64,000 bases of DNA from the human T2T-CHM13v2.0 reference genome, Homo sapiens, in NCBI RefSeq assembly GCF_009914755.1, contig NC_060938.1; one strand, 5' to 3'. A program made the position numbers and the translations under genes. Of this stretch, positions 13,101-27,100 are shown piece by piece. The notes under the pieces were generated by a model. That model saw only the letters and a program-made list of their open reading frames with translations, did not search any database and was not told the DNA's origin. Numbering within the stretch: position 1 is the stretch's first letter; every line of letters begins with the position of its first letter.

Positions 13101-16100
13101 CAGGTCGCTGCATTTAGAAAGGAGGCGGGGTCAGAGGAATAGAAAGGGATAGGCCTGAAGAACACAGGTCGCTGCATTTAGAAAGGAGGCGGGGTCAGAG
13201 GAATAGAAAGGGACAGGGCTGAAGAACAGAGGTCGCTGCATTTAGAAAGGAGGCGGGGTCAGAGGAATAGAAAGGGACAGGGCTGAAGAACAGAGGTCGC
13301 TGCATTTAGAAAGGAGGCGGGGTCAGAGGAATAGAAAGGGACAGGACAGAAGAACACAGGTCGCTGCATTTAGAAAGGAGGCGGGGTCAGAGGAATAGAA
13401 AGGGATAGGGCTGAAGAACACAGGTCGCTGCATTTAGAAAGGAGGCGGGGTCAGAGGAATAGAAAGGGATAGGGCTGAAGAACAGAGGTCGCTGCATTTA
13501 GAAAGGAGGCGGGGTCAGTAGAATAGAAAGGGAGAGGACAGAAGAACACAGGTCGCTGCATTTAGAAAGGAGGCGGGGTCAGAGGAATAGAAAGGGATAG
13601 GGCTGAAGAACACAGGTCGCTGCATTTAGAAAGGAGGCGGGGTTAGAGGAATAGAAAGGGATAGGGCTGAAGAACACAGGTCGCTGCATTTAGAAAGGAG
13701 GCGGGGTCAGAGGAATAGAAAGGGATAGGGCTGAAGAACACAGGTCGCTGCATTTAGAAAGGAGGCGGGGTCAGAGGAATAGAAAGGGACAGGGCTGAAG
13801 AACACAGGTCGCTGCATTTAGAAAGGAGGCGGGGTCAGAGGAATAGAAAGGGATGGGGCTGAAGAACAGAGGTCGCTGCATTTAGAAAGGAGGCGGGGTC
13901 AGAGGAATAGAAAGGGATGGGGCTGAAGAACAGAGGTCGCTGCATTTAGAAAGGAGGCGGGGTCAGAGGAATAGAAAGGGACAGGGCTGAAGAACACAGG
14001 TCGCTGCATTTAGAAAGGAGGCGGGGTCAGAGGAATAGAAAGGGACAGGGCTGAAGAACACAGGTCGCTGCATTTAGAAAGGATGCGGGGTCAGAGGAAT
14101 AGAAAGGGACAGGGCTGAAGAACAGAGGTCGCTGCATTTAGAAAGGAGGCGGGGTCAGAGGAATAGAAAGGGACAGGGCTGAAGAACAGAGGTCGCTGCA
14201 TTTAGAAAGGAGGCGGGGTCAGAGGAATAGAAAGGGATAGGCCTGAAGAACACAGGTCGCTGCATTTAGAAAGGAGGCGGGGTCAGAGGAATAGAAAGGG
14301 ACAGGGCTGAAGAACACAGGTCGCTGCATTTAGAAAGGAGGCGGGGTCAGAGGAATAGAAAGGGATAGGGCTGAAGAACAGAGGTCGCTTCATTTAGAAA
14401 GGAGGCGGGGTCAGAGGAATAGAAAGGGATGGGGCTGAAGAACAGAGGTCGCTGCATTTAGAAAGGAGGCGGGGTCAGTAGAATAGAAAGGGACAGGACA
14501 GAAGAACACAGGTCGCTGCATTTAGAAAGGAGGCGGGGTCAGAGGAATAGAAAGGGACAGGGCTGAAGAACACAGGTCGCTGCATTTAGAAAGGAGGCGG
14601 GGTCAGAGGAATAGAAAGGGACAGGGCTGAAGAACACAGGTCGCTGCATTTAGAAAGGAGGCGGGGTCAGAGGAATAGAAAGGGAGGGGGCTGAAGAACA
14701 GAGGTCGCTGCATTTAGAAAGGAGGCGGGGTCAGAGGAATGGAAAGGGACGGGGCTGAAGAACAGAGGTCGCTGCATTTAGAAAGGAGGCGGGGTCAGAG
14801 GAATAGAAAGGGACAGGGCTGAAGAACACAGGTCGCTGCATTTAGAAAGGAGGCGGGGTCAGAGGAATAGAAAGGGACAGGGATGAAGAACACAGGTCGC
14901 TGCATTTAGAAAGGAGGCGGGGTCAGAGGAATAGAAAGGGATAGGGCTGAAGAAAACAGGTCGCTGCATTTAGAAAGGAGGCGGGGTCAGAGGAATAGAA
15001 AGGGACAGGGCTGAAGAACACAGGTCGCTGCATTTAGAAAGGAGGCGGGGTCAGAGGAATAGAAAGGGATGGGGCTGAAGAACAGAGGTCGCTGCATTTA
15101 GAAAGGAGGCGGGGTCAGAGGAATGGAAAGGGACGGGGCTGAAGAACAGAGGTCGCTGCATTTAGAAAGGAGGCGGGGTCAGAGGAATAGAAAGGGACAG
15201 GGCTGAAGAACACAGGTCGCTGCATTTAGAAAGGAGGCGGGGTCAGAGGAATAGAAAGGGATAGGGCTGAAGAACAGAGGTCGCTGCATTTAGAAAGGAG
15301 GCGGGGTCAGAGGAATAGAAAGGGATAGGGCTGAAGAACAGAGTTCGCTGCATTTAGAAAGGAGGCGGGGTCAGAGGAATAGAAAGGGACAGGGCTGAAG
15401 AACACAGGTCGCTGCATTTAGAAAGGAGGCGGGGTCAGAGGAATAGAAAGGGACAGGGCTGAAGAACACAGGTCGCTGCATTTAGAAAGGAGGCGGGGTC
15501 AGAGGAATAGAAAGGGACAGGGCTGAAGAACAGAGGTCGCTGCATTTAGAAAGGAGGCGGGGTCAGAGGAATAGAAAGGGATAGGGCTGAAGAACACAGG
15601 TCGCTGCATTTAGAAAGGAGGCGGGGTCAGAGGAATAGAAAGGGATAGGGCTGAAGAACAGAGGTCGCTTCATTTAGAAAGGAGGCGGGGTCAGAGGAAT
15701 AGAAAGGGATGGGGCTGAAGAACAGAGGTCGCTGCATTTAGAAAGGAGGCGGGGTCAGAGGAATAGAAAGGGACAGGGCTGAAGAACACAGGTCGCTGCA
15801 TTTAGAAAGGAGGCGGGGTCAGAGGAATAGAAAGGGACAGGGCTGAAGAACACAGGTCGCTGCATTTAGAAAGGAGGCGGGGTCAGAGGAATAGAAAGGG
15901 ACAGGGCTGAAGAACAGAGGTCGCTGCATTTAGAAAGGAGGCGGGGTCAGAGGAATAGAAAGGGATAGGGCTGAAGAACACAGGTCGCTGCATTTAGAAA
16001 GGAGGCGGGGTCAGAGGAATAGAAAGGGATAGGGCTGAAGAACAGAGGTCGCTTCATTTAGAAAGGAGGCGGGGTCAGAGGAATAGAAAGGGATGGGGCT

Positions 16101-16700
16101 GAAGAACAGAGGTCGCTGCATTTAGAAAGGAGGCGGGGTCAGAGGAATAGAAAGGGACGGGGCTGAAGAACAGAGGTCGCTGCATTTAGAAAGGAGGCGG
16201 GGTCAGAGGAATAGAAAGGGATAGGCCTGAAGAACAGAGGTCGCTGCATTTAGAAAGGAGGCGGGGTCAGAGGAATAGAAAGGGACAGGGCTGAAGAACA
16301 CAGGTCGCTGCATTTAGAAAGGAGGCGGGGTCAGAGGAATAGAAAGGGACAGGGCTGAAGAACAGAGGTCGCTGCATTTAGAAAGGAGGCGGGGTCAGAG
16401 GAATAGAAAGGGATAGGGCTGAAGAACACAGGTCGCTGCATTTAGAAAGGAGGCGGGGTCAGAGGAATAGAAAGGGATAGGGCTGAAGAACAGAGGTCGC
16501 TTCATTTAGAAACGAGGCGGGGTCAGAGGAATAGAAAGGGATAGGACTGAAGAACACAGGTCGCTGCATTTAGAAAGGAGGCGGGGTCAGAGGAATAGAA
16601 AGGGATAGGCCTGAAGAACACAGGTCGCTGCATTTAGAAAGGAGGCGGGGTCAGAGGAATAGAAAGGGACAGGGCTGAAGAACAGAGGTCGCTGCATTTA
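10150..16700 (+). repeat. Higher-order duplicated block A, copy 2
   Basis: Same ordered marker series as 3300-9800. The offset shifts to 6592 at 8363/14955 and to 6912 at 9601/16513, indicating whole-monomer losses and gains after the duplication. Boundaries are approximate. Confidence 0.88.
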
Positions 16701-19700
16701 GAAAGGAGGCGGGGTCAGAGGAATAGAAAGGGACAGGACAGAAGAACACAGGTCGCTGCATTTAGAAAGGAGGCGGGGTCAGAGGAATAGAAAGGGATAG
16801 GGCTGAAGAACACAGGTCGCTGCATTTAGAAAGGAGGCGGGGTCAGAGGAATAGAAAGGGACAGGACAGAAGAACACAGGTCGCTGCATTTAGAAAGGAG
16901 GCGGGGTCAGAGGAATAGAAAGGGACAGGGCTGAAGAACACAGGTCGCTGCATTTAGAAAGGAGGCGGGGTCAGAGGAATAGAAAGGGACAGGACAGAAG
17001 AACACAGGTCGCTGCATTTAGAAAGGAGGCGGGGTCAGAGGAATAGAAAGGGATAGGGCTGAAGAACAGAGGTCGCTGCATTTAGAAAGGAGGCGGGGTC
17101 AGAGGAATAGAAAGGGATAGGGCTGAAGAACACAGGTTGCTGCATTTAGAAAGGAGGCGGGGTCAGAGGAATAGAAAGGGACAGGGCTGAAGAACACAGG
17201 TCGCTGCATTTAGAAAGGAGGCGGGGTCAGAGGAATAATAAGGGATAGGGGTGAAGAACAGAGGTCACTGCATTTAGAAAGGAGGCGGGGTTAGAGGAAT
17301 AGAAAGGGACAGGGCTGAAGAACACAGGTCGCTGCATTTAGAAAGGAGGCGGGGTCAGAGGAATAGAAAGGGACAGGGCTGAAGAACACAGGTCGCTGCA
17401 TTTAGAAAGGAGGCGGGGTCAGAGGAATAGAAAGGGACAGGGCTGAAGAACACAGGTCGCTGCATTTAGAAAGGAGGCGGGGTCAGAGGAATAGAAAGGG
17501 ACAGGGCTGAAGAACACAGGTCGCTGCATTTAGAAAGGAGGCGGGGTCAGAGGAATAGAAAGGGACAGGGCTGAAGAACACAGGTCGCTGCATTTAGAAA
17601 GGAGGCGGGGTCAGAGGAATAGAAAGGGACAGGGCTGAAGAACAGAGGTCGCTGCATTTAGAAAGGAGGCGGGGTCAGAGGAATAGAAGGGATAGGCCTG
17701 AAGAACAGAGGTCGCTGCATTTAGAAAGGAGGCGGGGTCAGAGGAATAGAAAGGGATAGGGATGAAGAACACAGGTCGCTGCATTTAGAAAGGAGGCGGG
17801 GTCAGAGGAATAGAAAGGGATAGGCCTGAAGAACAGAGGTCGCTGCATTTAGAAAGGAGGCGGGGTCAGAGGAATAGAAAGGGACAGGGATGAAGAACAG
17901 AGGTCGCTGCATTTAGAAAGGAGGCGGGGTCAGAGGAATAGAAAGGGATAGGCCTGAAGAACAGAGGTCGCTGCATTTAGAAAGGAGGCGGGGTCAGAGG
18001 AATAGAAAGGGACAGGGCTGAAGAACACAGGTCGCTGCATTTAGAAAGGAGGCGGGGTCAGAGGAATAGAAAGGGATAGGGCTGAAGAACACAGGTCGCT
18101 GCATTTAGAAAGGAGGCGGGGTCAGAGGAATAGAAAGGGATAGGGCTGAAGAACACAGGTCGCTGCATTTAGAAAGGAGGCGGGGTCAGAGGAATAGAAA
18201 GGGATAGGGCTGAAGAACACAGGTCGCTGCATTTATAAAGGAGGCGGGGTTAGAGGAATAGAAAGGGACAGGGCTGAAGAACACAGGTCGCTGCATTTAG
18301 AAAGGAGGCGGGGTCAGAGGAATAGAAAGGGACAGGGCTGAAGAACACAGGTCGCTGCATTTAGAAAGGAGGCGGGGTCAGAGGAATAGAAAGGGACAGG
18401 GCTGAAGAACACAGGTCGCTGCATTTAGAAAGGAGGCGGGGTCAGAGGAATAGAAAGGGACAGGACTGAAGAACACAGGTCGCTGCATTTAGAAAGGAGG
18501 CGGGGTCAGAGGAATAGAAAGGGACAGGGCTGAAGAACACAGGTCGCTGCATTTAGAAAGGAGGCGGGGTCAGAGGAATAGAAAGGGACAGGGCTGAAGA
18601 ACACAGGTCGCTGCATTTAGAAAGGAGGCGGGGTCAGAGGAATAGAAAGGGACAGGGCTGAAGAACACAGGTCACTGCATTTAGAAAGGAGGCGGGGTCA
18701 GAGGAATAGAAAGGGACAGGGCTGAAGAACACAGGTCGCTGCATTTAGAAAGGAGGCGGGGTCAGAGGAATAGAAAGGGACAGGGCTGAAGAACACAGGT
18801 CGCTGCATTTAGAAAGGAGGCGGGGTCAGAGGAATAGAAAGGGATAGGACTGAAGAACACAGGTCGCTGCATTTAGAAAGGAGGCGGGGTCAGAGGAATA
18901 GAAAGGGATAGGCCTGAAGAACACAGGTCGCTGCATTTAGAAAGCAGGCGGGGTCAGAGGAATAGAAAGGGACAGGGCTGAAGAACAGAGGTCGCTGCAT
19001 TTAGAAAGGAGGCGGGGTCAGAGGAATAGAAAGGGACAGGGCTGAAGAACAGAGGTCGCTGCATTTAGAAAGGAGGCGGGGTCAGAGGAATAGAAAGGGA
19101 CAGGGCAGAAGAACACAGGTCGCTGCATTTAGAAAGGAGGCGGGGTCAGAGGAATAGAAAGGGACAGGACAGAAGAACACAGGTCGCTGCATTTAGAAAG
19201 GAGGCGGGGTCAGAGGAATAGAAAGGGACAGGACAGAAGAACACAGGTCGCTGCATTTAGAAAGGAGGCGGGGTCAGAGGAATAGAAAGGGATAGGGCTG
19301 AAGAACAGAGGTCGCTGCATTTAGAAACGAGGCGGGGTCAGAGGAATAGAAAGGGACAGGGCTGAAGAACACAGGTCGCTGCATTTAGAAAGGAGGCGGG
19401 GTCAGAGGAATAGAAAGGGATAGGGCTGAAGAACACAGGTCGCTGCATTTAGAAAGGAGGCGGGGTCAGAGGAATAGAAACGGATAGGGCTGAAGAACAG
19501 AGGTCGCTGCATTTAGAAAGGAGGCGGGGTCAGAGGAATAGAAAGGGATAGGGCTGAAGAACACAGGTCGCTGCATTTAGAAAGGAGGCGGGGTCAGAGG
19601 AATAGAAAGGGATAGGGCTGAAGAACACAGGTCGCTGCATTTAGAAAGGAGGCGGGGTCAGAGGAATAGAAACGGATAGGGCTGAAGAACAGAGGTCGCT

Positions 19701-22700
19701 GCATTTAGAAAGGAGGCGGGGTCAGAGGAATAGAAAGGGATAGGGCTGAATAACACAGGTCGCTGCATTTAGAAAGGAGGCGGGGTCAGAGGAATAGAAA
19801 GGGATAGGGCTGAAGAACAGAGGTCGCTGCATTTAGAAAGGAGGCGGGGTCAGTAGAATAGAAAGGGACAGGACAGAAGAACACAGGTCGCTGCATTTAG
19901 AAAGGAGGCGGGGTCAGAGGAATAGAAAGGGATAGGGCTGAAGAACACAGGTCGCTGCATTTAGAAAGGAGGCGGGGTCAGAGGAATAGAAAGGGATAGG
20001 GCTGAAGAACACAGGTCGCTGCATTTAGAAAGGAGGCGGGGTCAGAGGAATAGAAAGGGACAGGGCTGAAGAACACAGGTCGCTGCATTTAGAAAGGAGG
20101 CGGGGTCAGAGGAATAGAAAGGGATGGGGCTGAAGAACAGAGGTCGCTGCATTTAGAAAGGAGGCGGGGTCAGAGGAATAGAAAGGGATGGGGCTGAAGA
20201 ACAGAGGTCGCTGCATTTAGAAAGGAGGCGGGGTCAGAGGAATAGAAAGGGACAGGGCTGAAGAACACAGGTCGCTGCATTTAGAAAGGAGGCGGGGTCA
20301 GAGGAATAGAAAGGGACAGGGCTGAAGAACACAGGTCGCTGCATTTAGAAAGGATGCGGGGTCAGAGGAATAGAAAGGGACAGGGCTGAAGAACAGAGGT
20401 CGCTGCATTTAGAAAGGAGGCGGGGTCAGAGGAATAGAAAGGGACAGGGCTGAAGAACAGAGGTCGCTGCATTTAGAAAGGAGGCGGGGTCAGAGGAATA
20501 GAAAGGGATAGGCCTGAAGAACACAGGTCGCTGCATTTAGAAAGGAGGCGGGGTCAGAGGAATAGAAAGGGACAGGGCTGAAGAACACAGGTCGCTGCAT
20601 TTAGAAAGGAGGCGGGGTCAGAGGAATAGAAAGGGATAGGGCTGAAGAACAGAGGTCGCTTCATTTAGAAAGGAGGCGGGGTCAGAGGAATAGAAAGGGA
20701 TGGGGCTGAAGAACAGAGGTCGCTGCATTTAGAAAGGAGGCGGGGTCAGTAGAATAGAAAGGGACAGGACAGAAGAACACAGGTCGCTGCATTTAGAAAG
20801 GAGGCGGGGTCAGAGGAATAGAAAGGGACAGGGCTGAAGAACAGAGGTCGCTGCATTTAGAAAGGAGGCGGGGTCAGAGGAATAGAAAGGGATAGGGCTG
20901 AAGAACACAGGTCGCTGCATTTAGAAAGGAGGCGCGGTCAGAGGAATAGAAAGGGATAGGGCTGAAGAACAGAGGTCGCTGCATTTAGAAAGGAGGCGGG
21001 GTCAGAGGAATAGAAAGGGATAGGGCTGAAGAACACAGGTCGCTGCATTTAGAAAGGAGGCGGGGTCAGAGGAATAGAAAGGGATAGGGCTGAAGAACAC
21101 AGGTCGCTGCATTTAGAAAGGAGGCGGGGTAAGAGGAATAGAAAGGGATAGGGCTGAAGAACACAGGTCGCTGCATTTAGAAAGGAGGCGGGGTTAGAGG
21201 AATAGAAAGGGACAGGGCTGAAGAACACAGGTCGCTGCATTTAGAAAGGAGGCGGGGTCAGAGGAATAGAAAGGGACAGGGCTGAAGAACACAGGTCGCT
21301 GCATTTAGAAAGGAGGCGGGGTCAGAGGAATAGAAAGGGACAGGACTGAAGAACACAGGTCGCTGCATTTAGAAAGGAGGCGGGGTCAGAGGAATAGAAA
21401 GGGACAGGGCTGAAGAACACAGGTCGCTGCATTTAGAAAGGAGGCGGGGTCAGAGGAATAGAAAGGGACAGGGCTGAAGAACAGAGGTCGCTGCATTTAG
21501 AAAGGAGGCGGGGTCAGAGGAATAGAAAGGGACAGGGCTGAAGAACACAGGTCGCTGCATTTAGAAAGGAGGCGGGGTCAGAGGAATAGAAAGGGACAGG
21601 GCTGAAGAACACAGGTCACTGCATTTAGAAAGGAGGCGGGGTCAGAGGAATAGAAAGGGACAGGGCTGAAGAACACAGGTCGCTGCATTTAGAAAGGAGG
21701 CGGGGTCAGAGGAATAGAAAGGGACAGGGATGAAGAACACAGGTCGCTGCATTTAGAAAGGAGGCGGGGTCAGAGGAATAGAAAGGGATAGGTCTGAAGA
21801 ACACAGGTCGCTGCATTTAGAAAGGAGGCGGGGTCAGAGGAATAGAAAGGGATAGGCCTGAAGAACACAGGTCGCTGCATTTAGAAAGGAGGCGGGGTCA
21901 GAGGAATAGAAAGGGACAGGGCTGAAGAACAGAGGTCGCTGCATTTAGAAAGGAGGCGGGGTCAGAGGAATAGAAAGGGACAGGGCTGAAGAACAGAGGT
22001 CGCTGCATTTAGAAAGGAGGCGGGGTCAGAGGAATAGAAAGGGACAGGACAGAAGAACACAGGTCGCTGCATTTAGAAAGGAGGCGGGGTCAGAGGAATA
22101 GAAAGGGATAGGGCTGAAGAACAGAGGTCGCTGCATTTAGAAAGGAGGCGGGGTCAGAGGAATAGAAAGGGATAGGGCTGAAGAACACAGGTCGCTGCAT
22201 TTAGAAAGGAGGCGGGGTCAGAGGAATAGAAAGGGACAGGGCTGAAGAACACAGGTCGCTGCATTTAGAAAGGAGGCGGGGTCAGAGGAATAGAAAGGGA
22301 TGGGGCTGAAGAACAGAGGTCGCTGCATTTAGAAAGGAGGCGGGGTCAGAGGAATAGAAAGGGATAGGGCTGAAGAACAGAGGTCGCTGCATTTAGAAAG
22401 GAGGCGGGGTCAGAGGAATAGAAAGGGATAGGGCTGAAGAACACAGGTCGCTGCATTTAGAAAGGAGGCGGGGTCACAGGAAAAGAAAGGGACAGTGCTG
22501 AAGAACACAGGTCGCTGCATTTAGAAAGGAGGCGGGGTCAGAGGAATAGAAAGGGACAGGGCTGAAGAACAGAGGTCGCTGCATTTAGAAAGGAGGCGGG
22601 GTCAGAGGAATAGAAAGGGACAGGGCTGAAGAACACAGGTCGCTGCATTTAGAAAGGAGGCGGGGTCAGAGGAATAGAAAGGGACAGGGCTGAAGAACAC

Positions 22701-24129
22701 AGGTCACTGCATTTAGAAAGGAGGCGGGGTCAGAGGAATAGAAAGGGACAGGGCTGAAGAACACAGGTCGCTGCATTTAGAAAGGAGGCGGGGTCAGAGG
22801 AATAGAAAGGGACAGGGCTGAAGAACACAGGTCGCTGCATTTAGAAAGGAGGCGGGGTCAGAGGAATAGAAAGGGATAGGACTGAAGAACACAGGTCGCT
22901 GCATTTAGAAAGGAGGCGGGGTCAGAGGAATAGAAAGGGATAGGCCTGAAGAACACAGGTCGCTGCATTTAGAAAGGAGGCGGGGTCAGAGGAATAGAAA
23001 GGGACAGGGCTGAAGAACAGAGGTCGCTGCATTTAGAAAGGAGGCGGGGTCAGAGGAATAGAAAGGGACAGGACAGAAGAACACAGGTCGCTGCATTTAG
23101 AAAGGAGGCGGGGTCAGAGGAATAGAAAGGGATAGGGCTGAAGAACAGAGGTCGCTGCATTTAGAAAGGAGGCGGGGTCAGAGGAATAGAAAGGGATAGG
23201 CCTGAAGAACACAGGTCGCTGCATTTAGAAAGGAGGCGGGGTCAGAGGAATAGAAAGGGATAGGGCTGAAGAACAGAGGTCGCTGCATTTAGAAAGGAGG
23301 CGGGGTCAGAGGAATAGAAAGGGATAGGGCTGAAGAACACAGGTCGCTGCATTTAGAAAGGAGGCGGGGTCAGAGGAATAGAAAGGGACAGGGCTGAAGA
23401 ACACAGGTCGCTGCATTTAGAAAGGAGGCGGGGTCAGAGGAATAGAAAGGGATGGGGCTGAAGAACAGAGGTCGCTGCATTTAGAAAGGAGGCGGGGTCA
23501 GAGGAATAGAAAAGGATGGGGCTGAAGAACAGAGGTCGCTGCATTTAGAAAGGAGGCGGGGTCAGAGGAATAGAAAGGGACAGGGCTGAAGAACACAGGT
23601 CGCTGCATTTAGAAAGGAGGCGGGGTCAGAGGAATAGAAAGGGACAGGGCTGAAGAACACAGGTCGCTGCATTTAGAAAGGATGCGGGGTCAGAGGAATA
23701 GAAAGGGACAGGGCTGAAGAACAGAGGTCGCTGCATTTAGAAAGGAGGCGGGGTCAGAGGAATAGAAAGGGACAGGGCTGAAGAACAGAGGTCGCTGCAT
23801 TTAGAAAGGAGGCGGGGTCAGAGGAATAGAAAGGGATAGGCCTGAAGAACACAGGTCGCTGCATTTAGAAAGGAGGCGGGGTTAGAGGAATAGAAAGGGA
23901 CAGGGCTGAAGAACAGAGGTCGCTGCATTTAGAAAGGAGGCGGGGTCAGAGGAATAGAAAGGGACAGGGCTGAAGAACAGAGGTCGCTGCATTTAGAAAG
24001 GAGGCGGGGTCAGAGGAATAGAAAGGGATAGGGCTGAAGAACACAGGTCGCTGCATTTAGAAAGGAGGCGGGGTCAGAGGAATAGAAAGGGACAGGGCTG
24101 AAGAACAGAGGTCGCTGCATTTAGAAAGG

Positions 24130-27100
24130 AGGCGGGGTCAGAGGAATAGAAAGGGACAGGACAGAAGAACACAGGTCGCTGCATTTAGAAAGGAGGCGGG
24201 GTCAGAGGAATAGAAAGGGATAGGGCTGAAGAACACAGGTCGCTGCATTTAGAAAGGAGGCGGGGTCAGAGGAATAGAAAGGGACAGGACAGAAGAACAC
24301 AGGTCGCTGCATTTAGAAAGGAGGCGGGGTCAGAGGAATAGAAAGGGACAGGGCTGAAGAACACAGGTCGCTGCATTTAGAAAGGAGGCGGGGTCAGAGG
24401 AATAGAAAGGGACAGGACAGAAGAACACAGGTCGCTGCATTTAGAAAGGAGGCGGGGTCAGAGGAATAGAAAGGGATAGGGCTGAAGAACAGAGGTCGCT
24501 GCATTTAGAAAGGAGGCGGGGTCAGAGGAATAGAAAGGGATAGGGCTGAAGAACACAGGTCGCTGCATTTAGAAAGGAGGCGGGGTCAGAGGAATAGAAA
24601 GGGACAGGGCTGAAGAACACAGGTCGCTGCATTTAGAAAGGAGGCGGGGTCAGAGGAATAATAAGGGATAGGGGTGAAGAACAGAGGTCACTGCATTTAG
24701 AAAGGAGGCGGGGTTAGAGGAATAGAAAGGGACAGGGCTGAAGAACACAGGTCGCTGCATTTAGAAAGGAGGCGGGGTCAGAGGAATAGAAAGGGACAGG
24801 GCTGAAGAACACAGGTCGCTGCATTTAGAAAGGAGGCGGGGTCAGAGGAATAGAAAGGGACAGGGCTGAAGAACACAGGTCGCTGCATTTAGAAAGGAGG
24901 CGGGGTCAGAGGAATAGAAAGGGACAGGGCTGAAGAACACAGGTCGCTGCATTTAGAAAGGAGGCGGGGTCAGAGGAATAGAGAGGGACAGGGCTGAAGA
25001 ACACAGGTCGCTGCATTTAGAAAGGAGGCGGGGTCAGAGGAATAGAAAGGGACAGGGCTGAAGAACAGAGGTCGCTGCATTTAAAAAGGAGGCGGGGTCA
25101 GAGGAATAGAAGGGATAGGCCTGAAGAACAGAGGTCGCTGCATTTAGAAAGGAGGCGGGGTCAGAGGAATAGAAAGGGATAGGGATGAAGAACACAGGTC
25201 GCTGCATTTAGAAAGGAGGCGGGGTCAGAGGAATAGAAAGGGATAGGCCTGAAGAACAGAGGTCGCTGCATTTAGAAAGGAGGCGGGGTCAGAGGAATAG
25301 AAAGGGATAGGGATGAAGAACAGAGGTCGCTGCATTTAGAAAGGAGGCGGGGTCAGAGGAATAGAAAGGGATAGGCCTGAAGAACAGAGGTCGCTGCATT
25401 TAGAAAGGAGGCGGGGTCAGAGGAATAGAAAGGGACAGGGCTGAAGAACACAGGTCGCTGCATTTAGAAAGGAGGCGGGGTCAGAGGAATAGAAAGGGAT
25501 AGGGCTGAAGAACACAGGTCGCTGCATTTAGAAAGGAGGCGGGGTCAGAGGAATAGAAAGGGATAGGGCTGAAGAACACAGGTCGCTGCATTTAGAAAGG
25601 AGGCGGGGTCAGAGGAATAGAAAGGGATAGGGCTGAAGAACACAGGTCGCTGCATTTATAAAGGAGGCGGGGTTAGAGGAATAGAAAGGGACAGGGCTGA
25701 AGAACACAGGTCGCTGCATTTAGAAAGGAGGCGGGGTCAGAGGAATAGAAAGGGACAGGGCTGAAGAACACAGGTCGCTGCATTTAGAAAGGAGGCGGGG
25801 TCAGAGGAATAGAAAGGGACAGGGCTGAAGAACACAGGTCGCTGCATTTAGAAAGGAGGCGGGGTCAGAGGAATAGAAAGGGACAGGACTGAAGAACACA
25901 GGTCGCTGCATTTAGAAAGGAGGCGGGGTCAGAGGAATAGAAAGGGACAGGGCTGAAGAACACAGGTCGCTGCATTTAGAAAGGAGGCGGGGTCAGAGGA
26001 ATAGAAAGGGACAGGGCTGAAGAACACAGGTCGCTGCATTTAGAAAGGAGGCGGGGTCAGAGGAATAGAAAGGGACAGGGCTGAAGAACACAGGTCACTG
26101 CATTTAGAAAGGAGGCGGGGTCAGAGGAATAGAAAGGGACAGGGCTGAAGAACACAGGTCGCTGCATTTAGAAAGGAGGCGGGGTCAGAGGAATAGAAAG
26201 GGACAGGGCTGAAGAACACAGGTCGCTGCATTTAGAAAGGAGGCGGGGTCAGAGGAATAGAAAGGGATAGGACTGAAGAACACAGGTCGCTGCATTTAGA
26301 AAGGAGGCGGGGTCAGAGGAATAGAAAGGGATAGGCCTGAAGAACACAGGTCGCTGCATTTAGAAAGGAGGCGGGGTCAGAGGAATAGAAAGGGACAGGG
26401 CTGAAGAACAGAGGTCGCTGCATTTAGAAAGGAGGCGGGGTCAGAGGAATAGAAAGGGACAGGGCTGATGAACAGAGGTCGCTGCATTTAGAAAGGAGGC
26501 GGGGTCAGAGGAATAGAAAGGGACAGGACAGAAGAACACAGGTCGCTGCATTTAGAAAGGAGGCGGGGTCAGAGGAATAGAAAGGGACAGGACAGAAGAA
26601 CACAGGTCGCTGCATTTAGAAAGGAGGCGGGGTCAGAGGAATAGAAAGGGATAGGGCAGAAGAACAGAGGTCGCTGCATTTAGAAAGGAGGCGGGGTCAG
26701 AGGAATAGAAAGGGACAGGACAGAAGAACACAGGTCGCAGCATTTAGAAAGGAGGCGGGGTCAGAGGAATAGAAAGGGATAGGGCTGAAGAACAGAGGTC
26801 GCTGCATTTAGAAAGGAGGCGGGGTCAGAAGAATAGAAAGGGATAGGGCTGAAGAACACAGGTCGCTGCATTTAGAAAGGAGGCGGGGTCAGAGGAATAG
26901 AAAGGGACAGGACAGAAGAACACAGGTCGCTGCATTTAGAAAGGAGGCGGGGTCAGAGGAATAGAAAGGGATAGGGCTGAAGAACAGAGGTCGCTGCATT
27001 TAGAAAGGAGGCGGGGTCAGAGGAATAGAAAGGGATAGGGCTGAAGAACACAGGTCGCTGCATTTAGAAAGGAGGCGGGGTCAGAGGAATAGAAAGGGAC

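Noticed and set aside
18232-18240. TTTATAAAG TATA-like variant (also at 25659, 30972, 47993)
   Set aside because: It is a single G>T substitution propagated by block duplication. Nothing downstream suggests a transcription unit; it is useful only as a lineage marker.
21049-21240. 63-aa minus-strand ORF (MQRPVFFSPVPF...)
   Set aside because: It is exactly three monomers read through successive frames. It exists only because a C>A change at 21131 (GGTCAG>GGTAAG) removes the in-frame TGA. There is no gene context and the product is low-complexity.
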